A DNA stretch of 63,290 bases, the filler included, from Globobulimina sp. (taxonomy: Eukaryota): the NCBI GenBank assembly GCA_003354225.1. It is 43 parts of 43 records of this genome, joined end to end, with 100 filler letters (N's around TTAATTAATTAA, not from the genome) between each part and the next. Parts side by side here need not be neighbours in the genome. Positions count along the whole stretch, not along the records: positions 50,132 to 51,505 come from PIVH01017732.1; positions 51,606 to 52,979 come from PIVH01017733.1; positions 53,080 to 54,452 come from PIVH01017734.1; positions 54,553 to 55,925 come from PIVH01017735.1; positions 56,026 to 57,398 come from PIVH01017736.1; positions 57,499 to 58,871 come from PIVH01017737.1; positions 58,972 to 60,344 come from PIVH01017738.1; positions 60,445 to 61,817 come from PIVH01017739.1; 35 more parts are not named here. One strand, 5' to 3'. The first letter of the stretch is position 1; every line of letters begins with the position of its first letter. Positions 50,978-62,120 of the stretch are shown here, in pieces. The translations under genes and the position numbers were made by a program. Below the pieces are notes generated by a model. The model saw only the letters and a list, made by a program, of their open reading frames with translations. It was not told where the DNA came from and searched no databases.

Positions 50978-51505
50978 TTAAACTATTACATTAATTAATG
51001 TTGTCATAATGTTAGTCAACGTGAAGTTTGTCACTCTGATATCCCAAGCTGACCAAGCCTCATTTAGTTGAGCAGCTATTCTTGGAATCAATAACCGAGT
51101 AACCTCCATATTTTGAGTGATTACATGTAAATTTAACTGCTGATTATTTAACCTCAAAAAATAGTTTTCCAATATATCCGATATAAGGAACCTTTTCCAC
51201 AATTCAATGACATCGCTATGTCGTATAACACTAAACAATCTGCTTTCATACAATTCCTCCATCCATGTCTCACATAACTCTCTTATTTGTCGCAAAAACA
51301 GTCGCCACAATTGAAGATTTTTTCTGTTAGAATTAGAAGCCAACAAATTCCCCAATACAGACCGAACATAGTTAGTTGATTGCTGTTGTAAGATATCCAT
51401 AGATTTATTGTTTGCATTCTTCATTCTCTCATAATTCGTACGATAAACATCCTGTATTTTGGATATGTCCCTTCTCATTTTCGCATCACATGATCGTAAT
51501 TCAAG
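50978..51505 (-). CDS. Hypothetical helical protein C-terminus
   Basis: Open frame of more than 166 aa; no recognisable motif. Confidence 0.45.
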   Translation of the reverse strand, partial: LELRSCDAKMRRDISKIQDVYRTNYERMKNANNKSMDILQQQSTNYVRSVLGNLLASNSNRKNLQLWRLFLRQIRELCETWMEELYESRLFSVIRHSDVIELWKRFLISDILENYFLRLNNQQLNLHVITQNMEVTRLLIPRIAAQLNEAWSAWDIRVTNFTLTNIMTTLINVIV

Positions 51506-51872
51506 NNNNNNNNNNNNNNNNNNNNNNNNNNNNNNNNNNNNNNNNNNNNTTAATTAATTAANNNNNNNNNNNNNNNNNNNNNNNNNNNNNNNNNNNNNNN
51601 NNNNNGTCAATGTATAATCGCCATTGTTTGTCGGTTAAGGTAGTTCCGTAATTAGTGTATTGCTTCAATAATAAATACGATCGTCGATTAATTGTCGTAT
51701 ATGAATGCTATTCATCGTATAATGTCTACAGCCATATCCAAACAACTTGCCACTGTGCCATTATTGTAGATAAGATTACCATTTTTTTAATTTAAAAAAC
51801 AATTCACTTCACATTCTAACTCTACTCTCATTCCTCTCTAACATTCCCAACAACACTTTCCTACAACAAAAT

Positions 51873-52582
51873 ATGTCCAGATCAAACGCTCGAATTACCA
51901 AAGGCATCGTAAACAAAGCATTATGGTCTTTGGAAGATAAATATCCAGACACCGCTGGCGTAACATTTTATAGATTAACCAAAACTGTTGCTGCGAATCT
52001 CGATATTTTATTGACATCAACAATTGAAAAAAAAATTAGATTGGTATTGAAACAATCCATTGAAAAAGGATGTGTTCGTTATGGTGGGACTCCGAGCGAT
52101 ATCAATAAAAATCGCTTTAAAGCACATAAAACATACAACAAACCAAGAAAATATTTATCAAAAAAGAAAAAAACAACCACCACTACCACCACTACTACCA
52201 TTACAAAAACAAACCACTCCGTAACCCCCGAAAAAAAACCAAGAAGAAGGGCAAGAAGAAGGGCACCAACACCTCAGCCAATACAAAAACCGCATAAAAT
52301 TAAACCAAAGAAGATGGAAACCGCAGATATTTTTAGTGTTTTATTAGAGGCAAATTATGCCATAATTAAATATAAAGTATGACGTTTTGTTTTTGTTTCT
52401 GTTGTTTATTTCTGACAACTTATATATAGACAGATTCGGGTGGTTTAAAAAATGTAAATATTAGATATAAATTATACGCTTTATGCGCTGGTTATTTTCG
52501 TAAACGTGGGTATATTCAATATTGTTATCAAGCAGCATTACCAGAGGAAGTTATTACAGCTATTCGTGATGCTTTTCCATAA
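51873..52582 (+). CDS. Linker histone H1/H15-like winged helix + basic linker + small C-terminal domain; intron 52377-52429
   Basis: IVNKALWSLEDK..AGVTFYRLTKTV...IRLVLKQSIEKG...RFK followed by a K/R/P/T tail. A phase-0 GTATGA..ATAG intron adds a 50-aa exon ending IRDAFP. Confidence 0.6.
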
Positions 52583-53079
52583 GCTATAATATATTTTATT
52601 GTTTATTTATTATATTTATTTTACTTTCTTGTTTTTTTTTGATGATTGCTTTATTTATCTTTCATGCGTTTTTATAATATTCATCTTGCAGTTTGTATGG
52701 CTTTATTCCTTGATATTTTCATTATTTTCATTGGTTGTTATTTGTGAATGTTATCTGTATTCTTTCCATCATATTTATCAATTTATTTTGCATACTTTAG
52801 GCTTTTTTACTGGTTGGAAATGTTTCTTAGACATCACACATTTCAGCTTACATTTCAGCTTACTTCAAAAACACTCACTTCATCAACATGATGATGGTCG
52901 CAACAGTTTGTAGATTGCTGATATTTGCAGGATTGTTTGCAAAGTTTGTATGTCTGCGTTGCTATGCGAATTTGTTTTGNNNNNNNNNNNNNNNNNNNNN
53001 NNNNNNNNNNNNNNNNNNNNNNNTTAATTAATTAANNNNNNNNNNNNNNNNNNNNNNNNNNNNNNNNNNNNNNNNNNNN

Positions 53080-54452
53080 TACACCACAGATCTCTGCCAT
53101 GACAATGGGTATTTGCTCAAACTTGACAAATGTAAAATGTTTCACTTGTTTCAATATATTTATTGTTTCCATATTAAAATATCTTTCCAATTCACCAAAT
53201 GCTTTGTTTGATAATACCACAAACCTTTGATAGACTCGGCGGTTATCCCGGAAATTAATACAAGTTATATTTTGAATGTAGCTACGAAGAAAACTGTTGA
53301 TTACCTCAACATTTTGTATATCTCCATCAGATCCAGTGATATTTGCAGGAATCCATTGCAGGAAATATTTCATTTTATAATCAATACTTAATTCATTCAG
53401 ATTCATAATTGTGTAATAATGAATATTTGATGTACTTCGAATCTTCATTGAAACCACAAAATCAAATAACTTGCAATATTCTTCATTTATACGTTGAGAC
53501 GCATCCAATACAAATAAATTAACGTAGGCATTCACAATCTTTCTAATTCCTTCTTTTTTACCTTCAATATTTGTCTTAATCGCAGGCACAATAAAACTCC
53601 ACCAAACACCGGTTATCTTGTCCATAAATCGCAGATAAGAATCAATATTCTGACCTGAGTCTTGTACAGCACTTACAAACACATCATAGAATTCTTTCAT
53701 GTAAAAACAGACACTGCTAACTCCATTGCCATGCACATCAACTGTAAAAATCTTATTTGACATTAACCAAACAATGAATACCGGCACTTTGTATCAACTT
53801 TATTGAACTTATCTGTCTGATCACACAAAGTGAGCTTATCTGTCTTTATCACACAAAGTGAGCTTAAAAGCGAAACGATTTGTGAAGTGCCGAAACATTG
53901 CTCTAATGATTGTGAATACTTATTTTCCCGCAAAAACTGTGTTGGATTGGGTTTGTTAAAAGATTGCAATAATAACATCTCCATATTTCTCAATTGGCCG
54001 TGTTTTGTTTGTTGATTGATATCGAACTGATACCTTAATTGAACAAACATTCTAAACTTATACAATCTGTCTGGGTTTGTGCAACTTTGCTGTATTTGCC
54101 ATAATGAATAAGTGTCGTAAAACGGATTTTCAATCTTTGGTCGATTGAAAGGATGGGTTTTTCGCAATGATTCTTTGAAATAATCAATTGCTGTTTCCAG
54201 CGTATCATTTTTTGGTTTGGTGAATAATAATTGAATAAAAGCATTGAATACTCGAGCATTTGGAATTGAGGTAAGCCGCGGATCTGAGCTTTTAAACCAG
54301 TCATCGAAATGTTGCTGCTTTGTGTTAAATGGCATTGATGAATCCTGTAAAATTGAGAGGGTTAAGGTATTTGGGTCATGTTCTATTGAATGATTCATAG
54401 AATTAATAATTTGAGAATAACACAGCATAATAATGATTGATAATAAATTCAT
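53080..54452 (-). CDS. Hypothetical, probably secreted protein; two ORFs joinable by a 26-nt intron (53742-53767)
   Basis: Signal-like MNLLSIIIMLCYSQIINS; G|GTTAATG..TTTTTACAG restores the frame. Confidence 0.5.
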
Positions 54453-54552
54453 NNNNNNNNNNNNNNNNNNNNNNNNNNNNNNNNNNNNNNNNNNNNTTAA
54501 TTAATTAANNNNNNNNNNNNNNNNNNNNNNNNNNNNNNNNNNNNNNNNNNNN

Positions 54553-55223
54553 GTTCAATTTATAAAAAAGTTCAAAAGAAAACCTCGCATATTTTGCCTA
54601 TGAATCATCATCAATCGCCACAATTGAAATATATTAAACAATTATCATTAAATAAACAGAATTCTGTGCCGCGATTGACGCCGTTAAATAAAAATGCGAA
54701 AGCAAAGAGTGCGGGTTTTATGAGAGAGTCTCAGTTACAATTACAGCGTTTTAGGCATACCAGAACCGATAGTTTTGGCAAATCAATGGCTAAACATGCT
54801 GTGATATCTCACATACCGGAGCATGATGCACATGTACACGGACATGGCACCACTCAGTCGCTGGAACTGTCCAATAATTTGTCGACTACATTTTCGGCGA
54901 TATTTACCAATTCAAAGGTAAGGGACAGTAACACACTCACTGTGACTGAGAATCGTACATCGAATGGGTTGAATAAAAATAAATTGGCATTGATACGGGA
55001 ACTACCTCAACCTGTGGAGGTTGAGGTGGATAAAAATAAGATTTTGAGTGTGATTACACCTCCGGTTATGACACCTGTTGTGGGGGAATTTGACTATCCT
55101 GATATTGCAATTAGTGATGATGAGGAGGAGGAGGAGGAGGAGGAGAAGGAGCAGGAAGAGGTGCAAGATGATGCAAATAAGAAAAAAGAAATGCATAATG
55201 AGATGGAAGAGATTAATTTATAA
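54553..55223 (+). CDS. Disordered C-terminus with a poly-Glu tract
   Basis: ORF of more than 200 aa ending in GAG repeats and TAA. Confidence 0.55.
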
Positions 55224-55657
55224 CAATACACACCTTTTTATATTAATTATAGATTGTTTTACGAAATTTTTATCGTTGTTGTCTTTATTAAAAGTCTTTT
55301 TGTATTTTTTGTGCTTGAATTTATATTGTGTTATAGATGTAGCTGTCCAAATAGGTCGCGGCATTTCGCACAAAGTCCAAACTGAAAATAAACATCTGCA
55401 AAACTTTGATTTGTGATAGTCAAGAATCTCCAAAGCTATTATAGAACAACACGCGTACGAATTATGACGGTGTCTAAAATGATAACAGTCTCGATGTTGT
55501 CTTTATGTGTATGGGTATGTCAATTTAATTTATATTTATTTGTTGCATGCATGTCGTAATTCACTTTCATTTCTATCACTTACAGTTTACCAAAGTACAA
55601 CCAGGCAGCGTGCACGGGATCGCGCAAACATACAAACAAGGTTAAGTTTTATTACCT

Positions 55658-55925
55658 ATGTCAAATAATAAATTAATAATGCACGCGACTGGTATCAACA
55701 CAGATGAACCTGCGTCTGCCGGTGATCCTATATTTACATTGGAGAGCGGACAACTTGAACCAGTCAATGTATATCATTTAGTAAGTTATGAATCAGACAC
55801 AACTCAACTACGACTTAACCTGAATAAATTACAACAATTCAAACACGATGCCATCGGTCGAGGTGTTGATGTTCAACGTAATCCAATCCATACGATTACA
55901 ATAATGGGAAAAGACCGTAATTGCG
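55658..55925 (+). CDS. Hypothetical protein fragment
   Basis: About 90 codons open to the contig end. Confidence 0.3.
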
Positions 55926-56025
55926 NNNNNNNNNNNNNNNNNNNNNNNNNNNNNNNNNNNNNNNNNNNNTTAATTAATTAANNNNNNNNNNNNNNNNNNN
56001 NNNNNNNNNNNNNNNNNNNNNNNNN

Positions 56026-57398
56026 TCTGCTTCATCCCTTACATTATGTTGTATATCCACCACATTCTGCTGCGGATTAAAGCGGTTATTGTTGTAAATT
56101 AATTGCTGCTGCATTGGCTGCATCGCAGTGTACTGAGATATGTCTGTCATGCCTTGGTTTGCAGGCACCACATAGGCCGTTGTTGGGTGTTGATTGCCGT
56201 AGGAAAAAGAGGCGGAATTCCTGCGCGAATTATCCTGCGAAGAGCCGCCGATCATAATAGGCTGCGTCGAGGTGGTATGCGGCGTCCCCGTACTTGCTAT
56301 CTCTTGAATTGGTTGCGGTGAGATAGTGCGTGCACCGCCAGCCATAGTCACATTCGTTGGCGGTGATAGCGCAGCATCTAAGCATACAATTTATAAACAA
56401 ACATAACCACAGCAACAGCACAGTGCAGTACAGAGCATACCTATTTTCCTGGGCAACTTCTTGTTACTTAGACTCCGCTCCGCATTGGCATCAATTACAT
56501 CGAAATCCACGTCCAATTTGGACGGGACGCCCACCGTATCGGCATCCAGCATATCCGACAAACTCTCCGTTCGGAGCGCCGCCTTCGCCACACTCTGACC
56601 GCCAACACCGACGCCAACATCGCCACTCTCGGCATTGGACATTTTGCGGAACGCTTCCATGGTTTTATTCGCTTCCTGCTGCACCTGGTCGATACTCAGC
56701 GACGCCTGGGATAGCCGCCGAAACTGCTTATTCATTGCCTGGAACTCGCAGTCAATCTCTTCCTGCTCCCATTTCGACGCATTCTCTGCTTTATACACAT
56801 TGCGGTTCGACAACGTGGCTCGATTCAACGCGTACTTTTGCTGTTTGCGCAGATCGGCCATTTGTTGCTCCATCAGACTCGATTCCAAATCTTGTGTATC
56901 GTCCACAACATTCTGCGCCATTTTTTTGCTGTTTCTGCGCTCCATTTTCTTGCGCGCTTTGGCGATTTCTCTGCGCTCCGCCGCGTCCTTGCTGTCGCTC
57001 TCCGGCTCTTCGTTGGATGTATTTATTTTGGTGGTGTCGTCGCTGTTGTTTGTATCGGATAAGCGGTCGTTTTTGATGTCTTCAATGACGTGAATGTATT
57101 CAGCTTTGTTGCCTAAGATATGGGCAATGTCGTCTTCGTCCAACATGTCTTGAATGGGGTTGTTTATCTCTTGCGCGGTCAGCAAGACTGAAGTCAGTTT
57201 GTTGCGGATGTTGTCCATTGTGGAGGAGGTGGATGGTTTGGACAGCCATTCGGTGAACATTTCTTTATTGACATATTGTTCATCTGAGTTTGTTTTTTGT
57301 TTTTGGGGTACGGATAATCGCAAGATTGTATATGGTGTTGTGTGGTGGTTAACTTTCTGCGTTGAGAGCTTCAAACAATCTGAGAGCTTCGTCCGGTG
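56026..57398 (-). CDS. Coiled-coil/low-complexity hypothetical protein, internal fragment with one intron
   Basis: The 327-aa ORF is spliced (G|GTATGC..TTAG) to the exon DAALSPPTNVTMAGG; GC is higher than in other contigs. Confidence 0.6.
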
Positions 57399-58210
57399 NN
57401 NNNNNNNNNNNNNNNNNNNNNNNNNNNNNNNNNNNNNNNNNNTTAATTAATTAANNNNNNNNNNNNNNNNNNNNNNNNNNNNNNNNNNNNNNNNNNNNAA
57501 CCTATTTTCCTTCCAATATATGTGAATTAAACAATTGAAAATTCGAAGGAACAAATCCGCACTCAAATAATGATAAATATGCCATTGAATATCCAGTACA
57601 TGTTCCAATAAATAAACCTAATGAATCCACGGCCAATTAAATCCCTTTTATGAAAATTATTAAAATGAATAGAAACGCAATATATTGTCTGACATTGTAT
57701 ACATACTTTCAACGCATAAATCATGATATTTCTTGCCAAGTCGCGCGAGATTCAGTGTATTCAGTTCGGATGCTTTCAAAAGATTTCAAAAAGTTTCAAA
57801 AAGATTTAAAAAGTTTAAAAACAAATGAAGTGTTGACCAGCGCCAAAACTTCACAACTGTGTATAATTAATCAACAAAATAATATTTGAGTGAAAAGTTC
57901 TTTACCCAAAAAAACGCAGTAAAAGTGGAATTACTCCACTCCTTTTGACCCGTTTACCACGCTTAGTGGAGAAAAAATAGAAACGGAAAACACTTTTACG
58001 CCCCTTAGTGGAGTAAAATAGAACATAAAATCCGAAATCTTACTATAATTTATATTACAATAATTTATACAAATTACAATAATTTATACAAAACAAAAAA
58101 ATGTTAATATTTATGGGATATAATAAAAAAAATGTGATGATTGGGATTTGGACCCAAATCTTATTTATAAGATGCTCTCAATGAGCTATCATCACAAAAA
58201 TTCCTTATCC

Positions 58211-58662
58211 ATCGATGAGGCGACTTCGTCGCCGCCATATTTACCATAATAAATAGTATTGTATCGATGAGGCGACTCCGTCGCCGCCCATACACCTCCT
58301 CCTCCTCCACATCCACCTCCTCCACATCCACCTCCTACTCATCCACATCCTACACATCCGCCTATCCACCACCTCCTACTCATCCACCTCTTCCACATCC
58401 ACCTTCTCCACACCCACACCCACCTCATCCACATCCACCACCTCCTACTCATCCACATCCTACACATACCAATAAATAATAATATCCATAGATGAGGCGA
58501 CTTCGTCGCCGCCTATAGATACCAAATAAAAATAACATTCATAGATGAGGCGACTCCGTCGCCGCCCATAGGTACCAAATAAATAATAATATCCAAATAC
58601 ATGATGCGACTGCGTCGCCGCCATATATACCATAATAAATACATATTAATATCCATAGATGA
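58211..58662. repeat. Tandem ~52-57-bp repeat (5 copies), each containing a GCGAC-TNC-GTCGC hairpin; copy 2 is interrupted by a ~170-bp C-rich simple sequence
   Basis: Copies start at about 58211, 58263, 58488, 58541 and 58597. Confidence 0.9.
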
Positions 58663-59205
58663 TTGACTGTGCTCTGCGACGGCAAAGCATCCATTGTTTT
58701 TGATGTTTGTTAAAAAAAACTTTAGACTTTAAGCTTAATTAATGTCGGTCTTTTGTTTTGTTTTGTGTTTTGTTATTTTTTATGTCCCATGAAACAAATC
58801 AATATCTCTGAAATTATAAATATGTACATGATCATATTTATAATTTCAAAAATATCACGGGAATATTATTTNNNNNNNNNNNNNNNNNNNNNNNNNNNNN
58901 NNNNNNNNNNNNNNNTTAATTAATTAANNNNNNNNNNNNNNNNNNNNNNNNNNNNNNNNNNNNNNNNNNNNTTTACAGTTTTTTACAGATTATTCAAAAT
59001 AAAAACATTGAAAGTCAAAATTGAATTCTTAAAGGTTGTGTTTCATCGGGAACCATTAACATTTTATTATTAACCTATTTTCCTTCCAAATATCCACACA
59101 ATAGCTAATTCTGCAATCATTTTAATCCAATACAAGCGAAAAAACTTGTATTCAAAAACAAAAAAACACATTTCTTCATCTAGCTTCTCGCTTTATTAAA
59201 TAAGA

Positions 59206-60105
59206 ATGCTTTCTGTCTTGTTTCTTGCCGCAATTGCTTATGCCGACAGCGGCATGGACTTAATCCCAACCCCGCACGGGCTGCGTCCTTCGAAGTGCGT
59301 GATCCGGCATGACTCATACGACGTGTATTTGGATTACAACGAGACCGGCACGCTTGCGTATTACAGAGACACGAAAAAGAGTAGATTCTTCCCCGCCGAC
59401 CCTGACTGCATTGCCAATGCAAAAGAATTATCTGCCAATGGCGGTTTGCAGGCGTGGGATGTCGACGCATCGTATACCCCTCCAAGCAATATGGGTTACT
59501 TTAATGCGACGTATCAGATCCCAAACCAAGTACACTCTCTATTCTATATACTATAATATATATATATATATACCATACGCATTTTCGCATCGCACAGAGT
59601 CCTCCGTGCACAGGCAGTTCCTTATTGTATTGGTTTATTGGTTTCCAGAATAATGGCGGCGGGGGCGTGACCATAGTGCAGCCAGTGGTAAATTACCAAA
59701 ACAATAAATGGGTGATGGAGCCATGGAATTGTTGCCCCTCCGGGCAGTCCAACACCGGCAGACAGATGGCGGTGGGCCCCGGCTATAATACTATCGGTGC
59801 GTGGGTCGACGCGAAAGGGCCGAGTGCGGATGTCTCGATTGGTCTGAGCTATAACGGGCAACAGTCTGTGTTGACTGTCAAGCAGAACGGGAAACTTTAA
59901 TTGGGCCTGCGTCACTTTGGAAGAGTATGGGGCGTCGTGCAACAACTATCCCGATAAGCCCTTCAATTTCACGCATATGAGCATGAGAACGTTGAGCGGA
60001 AGCAACTTGAGTCCGACGTGGAGAGCGAACAAAGGGCAGTGTCAGGGCGGAGCGAAAATTAATGGACCAACCGATGTGCAAATTTATGGCAGAAATATGC
60101 CTTAA
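59206..60105 (+). CDS. Secreted G1 glutamic-peptidase-like (eqolisin-fold) protein; intron 59530-59597; +1 frameshift near 59890-59898
   Basis: Signal peptide, TPHG..SKCV pro-region, LYWFIG, IVQPVV (Gln), and NWACVTLEEYG..C..YP (Glu) in the +1 frame. Confidence 0.6.
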
Positions 60106-60444
60106 ATGTTTGTGCCTTGTTAATTATTAATATAAATATTCACGTTTTTTGTAAGGAATGTCTCAGTTCTTGCTCTTCATCACTCACACACACACACTCA
60201 CTCAATAATAATCGCAGTCGCGATCTACTTCACGATCACCATTTATGGATACGGTTAAATACATTTATATCATATTATATGTTATGAGTAGTACCATTGA
60301 TAATATACACGCAATCACTGGCTTTAATTATATATATCAGCATCNNNNNNNNNNNNNNNNNNNNNNNNNNNNNNNNNNNNNNNNNNNNTTAATTAATTAA
60401 NNNNNNNNNNNNNNNNNNNNNNNNNNNNNNNNNNNNNNNNNNNN

Positions 60445-61180
60445 AACTTTTTGTCGAAATATGAAAGGAAGCTGAAGGAGAATTGGTTATCATTTCCAAA
60501 GATATGGGTTGATAAAGAGAGGTTATATTGGTACTGCTTTGCAATATCCCTATTATTTGTTGGCATCTTAGGATTACGAGGTGCTGAATGCTATGAAAAT
60601 AGAGACAAAGAGTATGGAGGATATGGAATATATGTATATCAGATTTGACATTTTATTGGAAGGAAGAGGTTGCAAACAGATTATACCCAAGTAATAGATA
60701 TTCAATATAGGCATTAGAATATTTACATCATATTAGAGTCAGATTAAGACACTCAAAGTCCGCAACGAAAGGACAGGATGTATTTTTGCGTTTAGATAGA
60801 ACGCATAGAGAGATTGATCCGGTGATCATTATGTATCACATATATAATATACAAAGATATGATTTAAGGAAAATATATAAATATAGAATAAGAATGAGAT
60901 TTATTTTCCAAACTCCCCAAAGAGATTGGACGTTAACGGCAGTAAAGAAGAATTGGATAGCGGTCGTTTCGGAGTTAGGTTTATAGAAGCAGAGAAATAC
61001 AGATTTCATGGTTTGCGCAAAGGATTTGCGACAACATTGACACAAAAGGGAGTGCTGAGAAGTTTGATAGCATTTGCAGGCAGATGGAAGTTACTGGCAG
61101 CCATTGATGATTATAGCATACATACACAAAAGGAAATGTTTGGTCTGGCATTTATATATTTGTATGGTAATAAAATAAAC
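60445..61180 (+). pseudogene. Decayed tyrosine recombinase of the DIRS/Ngaro retroelement type
   Basis: GLRGAE (R), RHSKS (K), FHGLRKG (HxxR), AGRW (W) and IDDY (Y) are distributed over three frame segments, with two frameshifts (~60637, ~60981) and an in-frame TAG (~60708). Confidence 0.85.
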
Positions 61181-61243
61181 AGTGAAATAATTAATAAATT
61201 TAATAAAACGATATTCATAATAAAACTTAAGAAATTATATAAA

Positions 61244-61781
61244 TCATTTTTGTTGATATTTAGCCATACATTGTTGACAAACTTTGTTTCCTTTATTGTC
61301 AGTTCCATATGGTTTGCCAGCAACGGATTGACGGCATTCGTCACAGACCAAACACTTTTGGTGATACGTTTTGCCGTCGGCCGACGTGCATCCTTTATCA
61401 TGGATTTCTTTCTTACAAATCTCACATTTATGATAGTTTTGACCAGGAACATTCCTTTTAACTTCATCGTCACCCAAAAAGTCTTCAAAATTATCAAAAA
61501 TATCATCGGTTCCCTCGACACATTCTGCGCACTCTGCTCCATGTCCTTTTTTTTGAAATTTGCCAATTATTTTTAATCTATTTTATATATAAATAAATGT
61601 TCCACAGTCCTCCAATATGTTTGCATATACAGATTGGCAGTTATTTGGCACTAAACTTACACGAAACGCATTTAAAACATCCAATATGCCAATATTTATC
61701 CAATGCCTTTACAGCTTTTGCAGAATTTTCAAAATTTTTATAACAATTAGCACATTTCAATTTTGTTACTTCCTTGGCCAT
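61244..61781 (-). CDS. Two-LIM-domain protein; intron 61578-61656
   Basis: CANC...WHIGCFKCVSC (spliced) ...CAEC and CEIC...YHQKCLVCDEC...CQQC. Confidence 0.88.
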
Positions 61782-62120
61782 TGCATTGAAATTAACAGTC
61801 ACTGTCGAATCAAAAGCNNNNNNNNNNNNNNNNNNNNNNNNNNNNNNNNNNNNNNNNNNNNTTAATTAATTAANNNNNNNNNNNNNNNNNNNNNNNNNNN
61901 NNNNNNNNNNNNNNNNNACAACAACCTCCACAATAGGTTTCAAGCACTGAGGATTTTATTTATTTGTTTGCACTGTATTTAAATATGAAATTTTGATTGT
62001 CAGAAAAACACTTGTTTTTACTTCGCACTCATAAAATCCCGAAGGCCTAAATAAATGTCAATAGTCAGAAAATATAAAGTCTAAAAAACTTAATATTGTT
62101 AATAGCATGGCAACATTACT

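Noticed and set aside
58267-58479. Ser/Pro/His-rich 70-aa ORF
   Set aside because: It is the translation of a C-rich simple repeat inside a tandem array, with no coding evidence.
58211-58662. CRISPR-like array (palindromic repeat plus ~25-30-bp spacers)
   Set aside because: The spacers are homologous to each other (TACCA..ATAAATA..AT), the repeats are degenerate, the context is eukaryotic and no cas genes are present; it is a tandem repeat.
60926-61576. 216-aa ORF as a recombinase-membrane protein fusion
   Set aside because: The hydrophobic tail is antisense read-through of the LIM gene, not a real domain.
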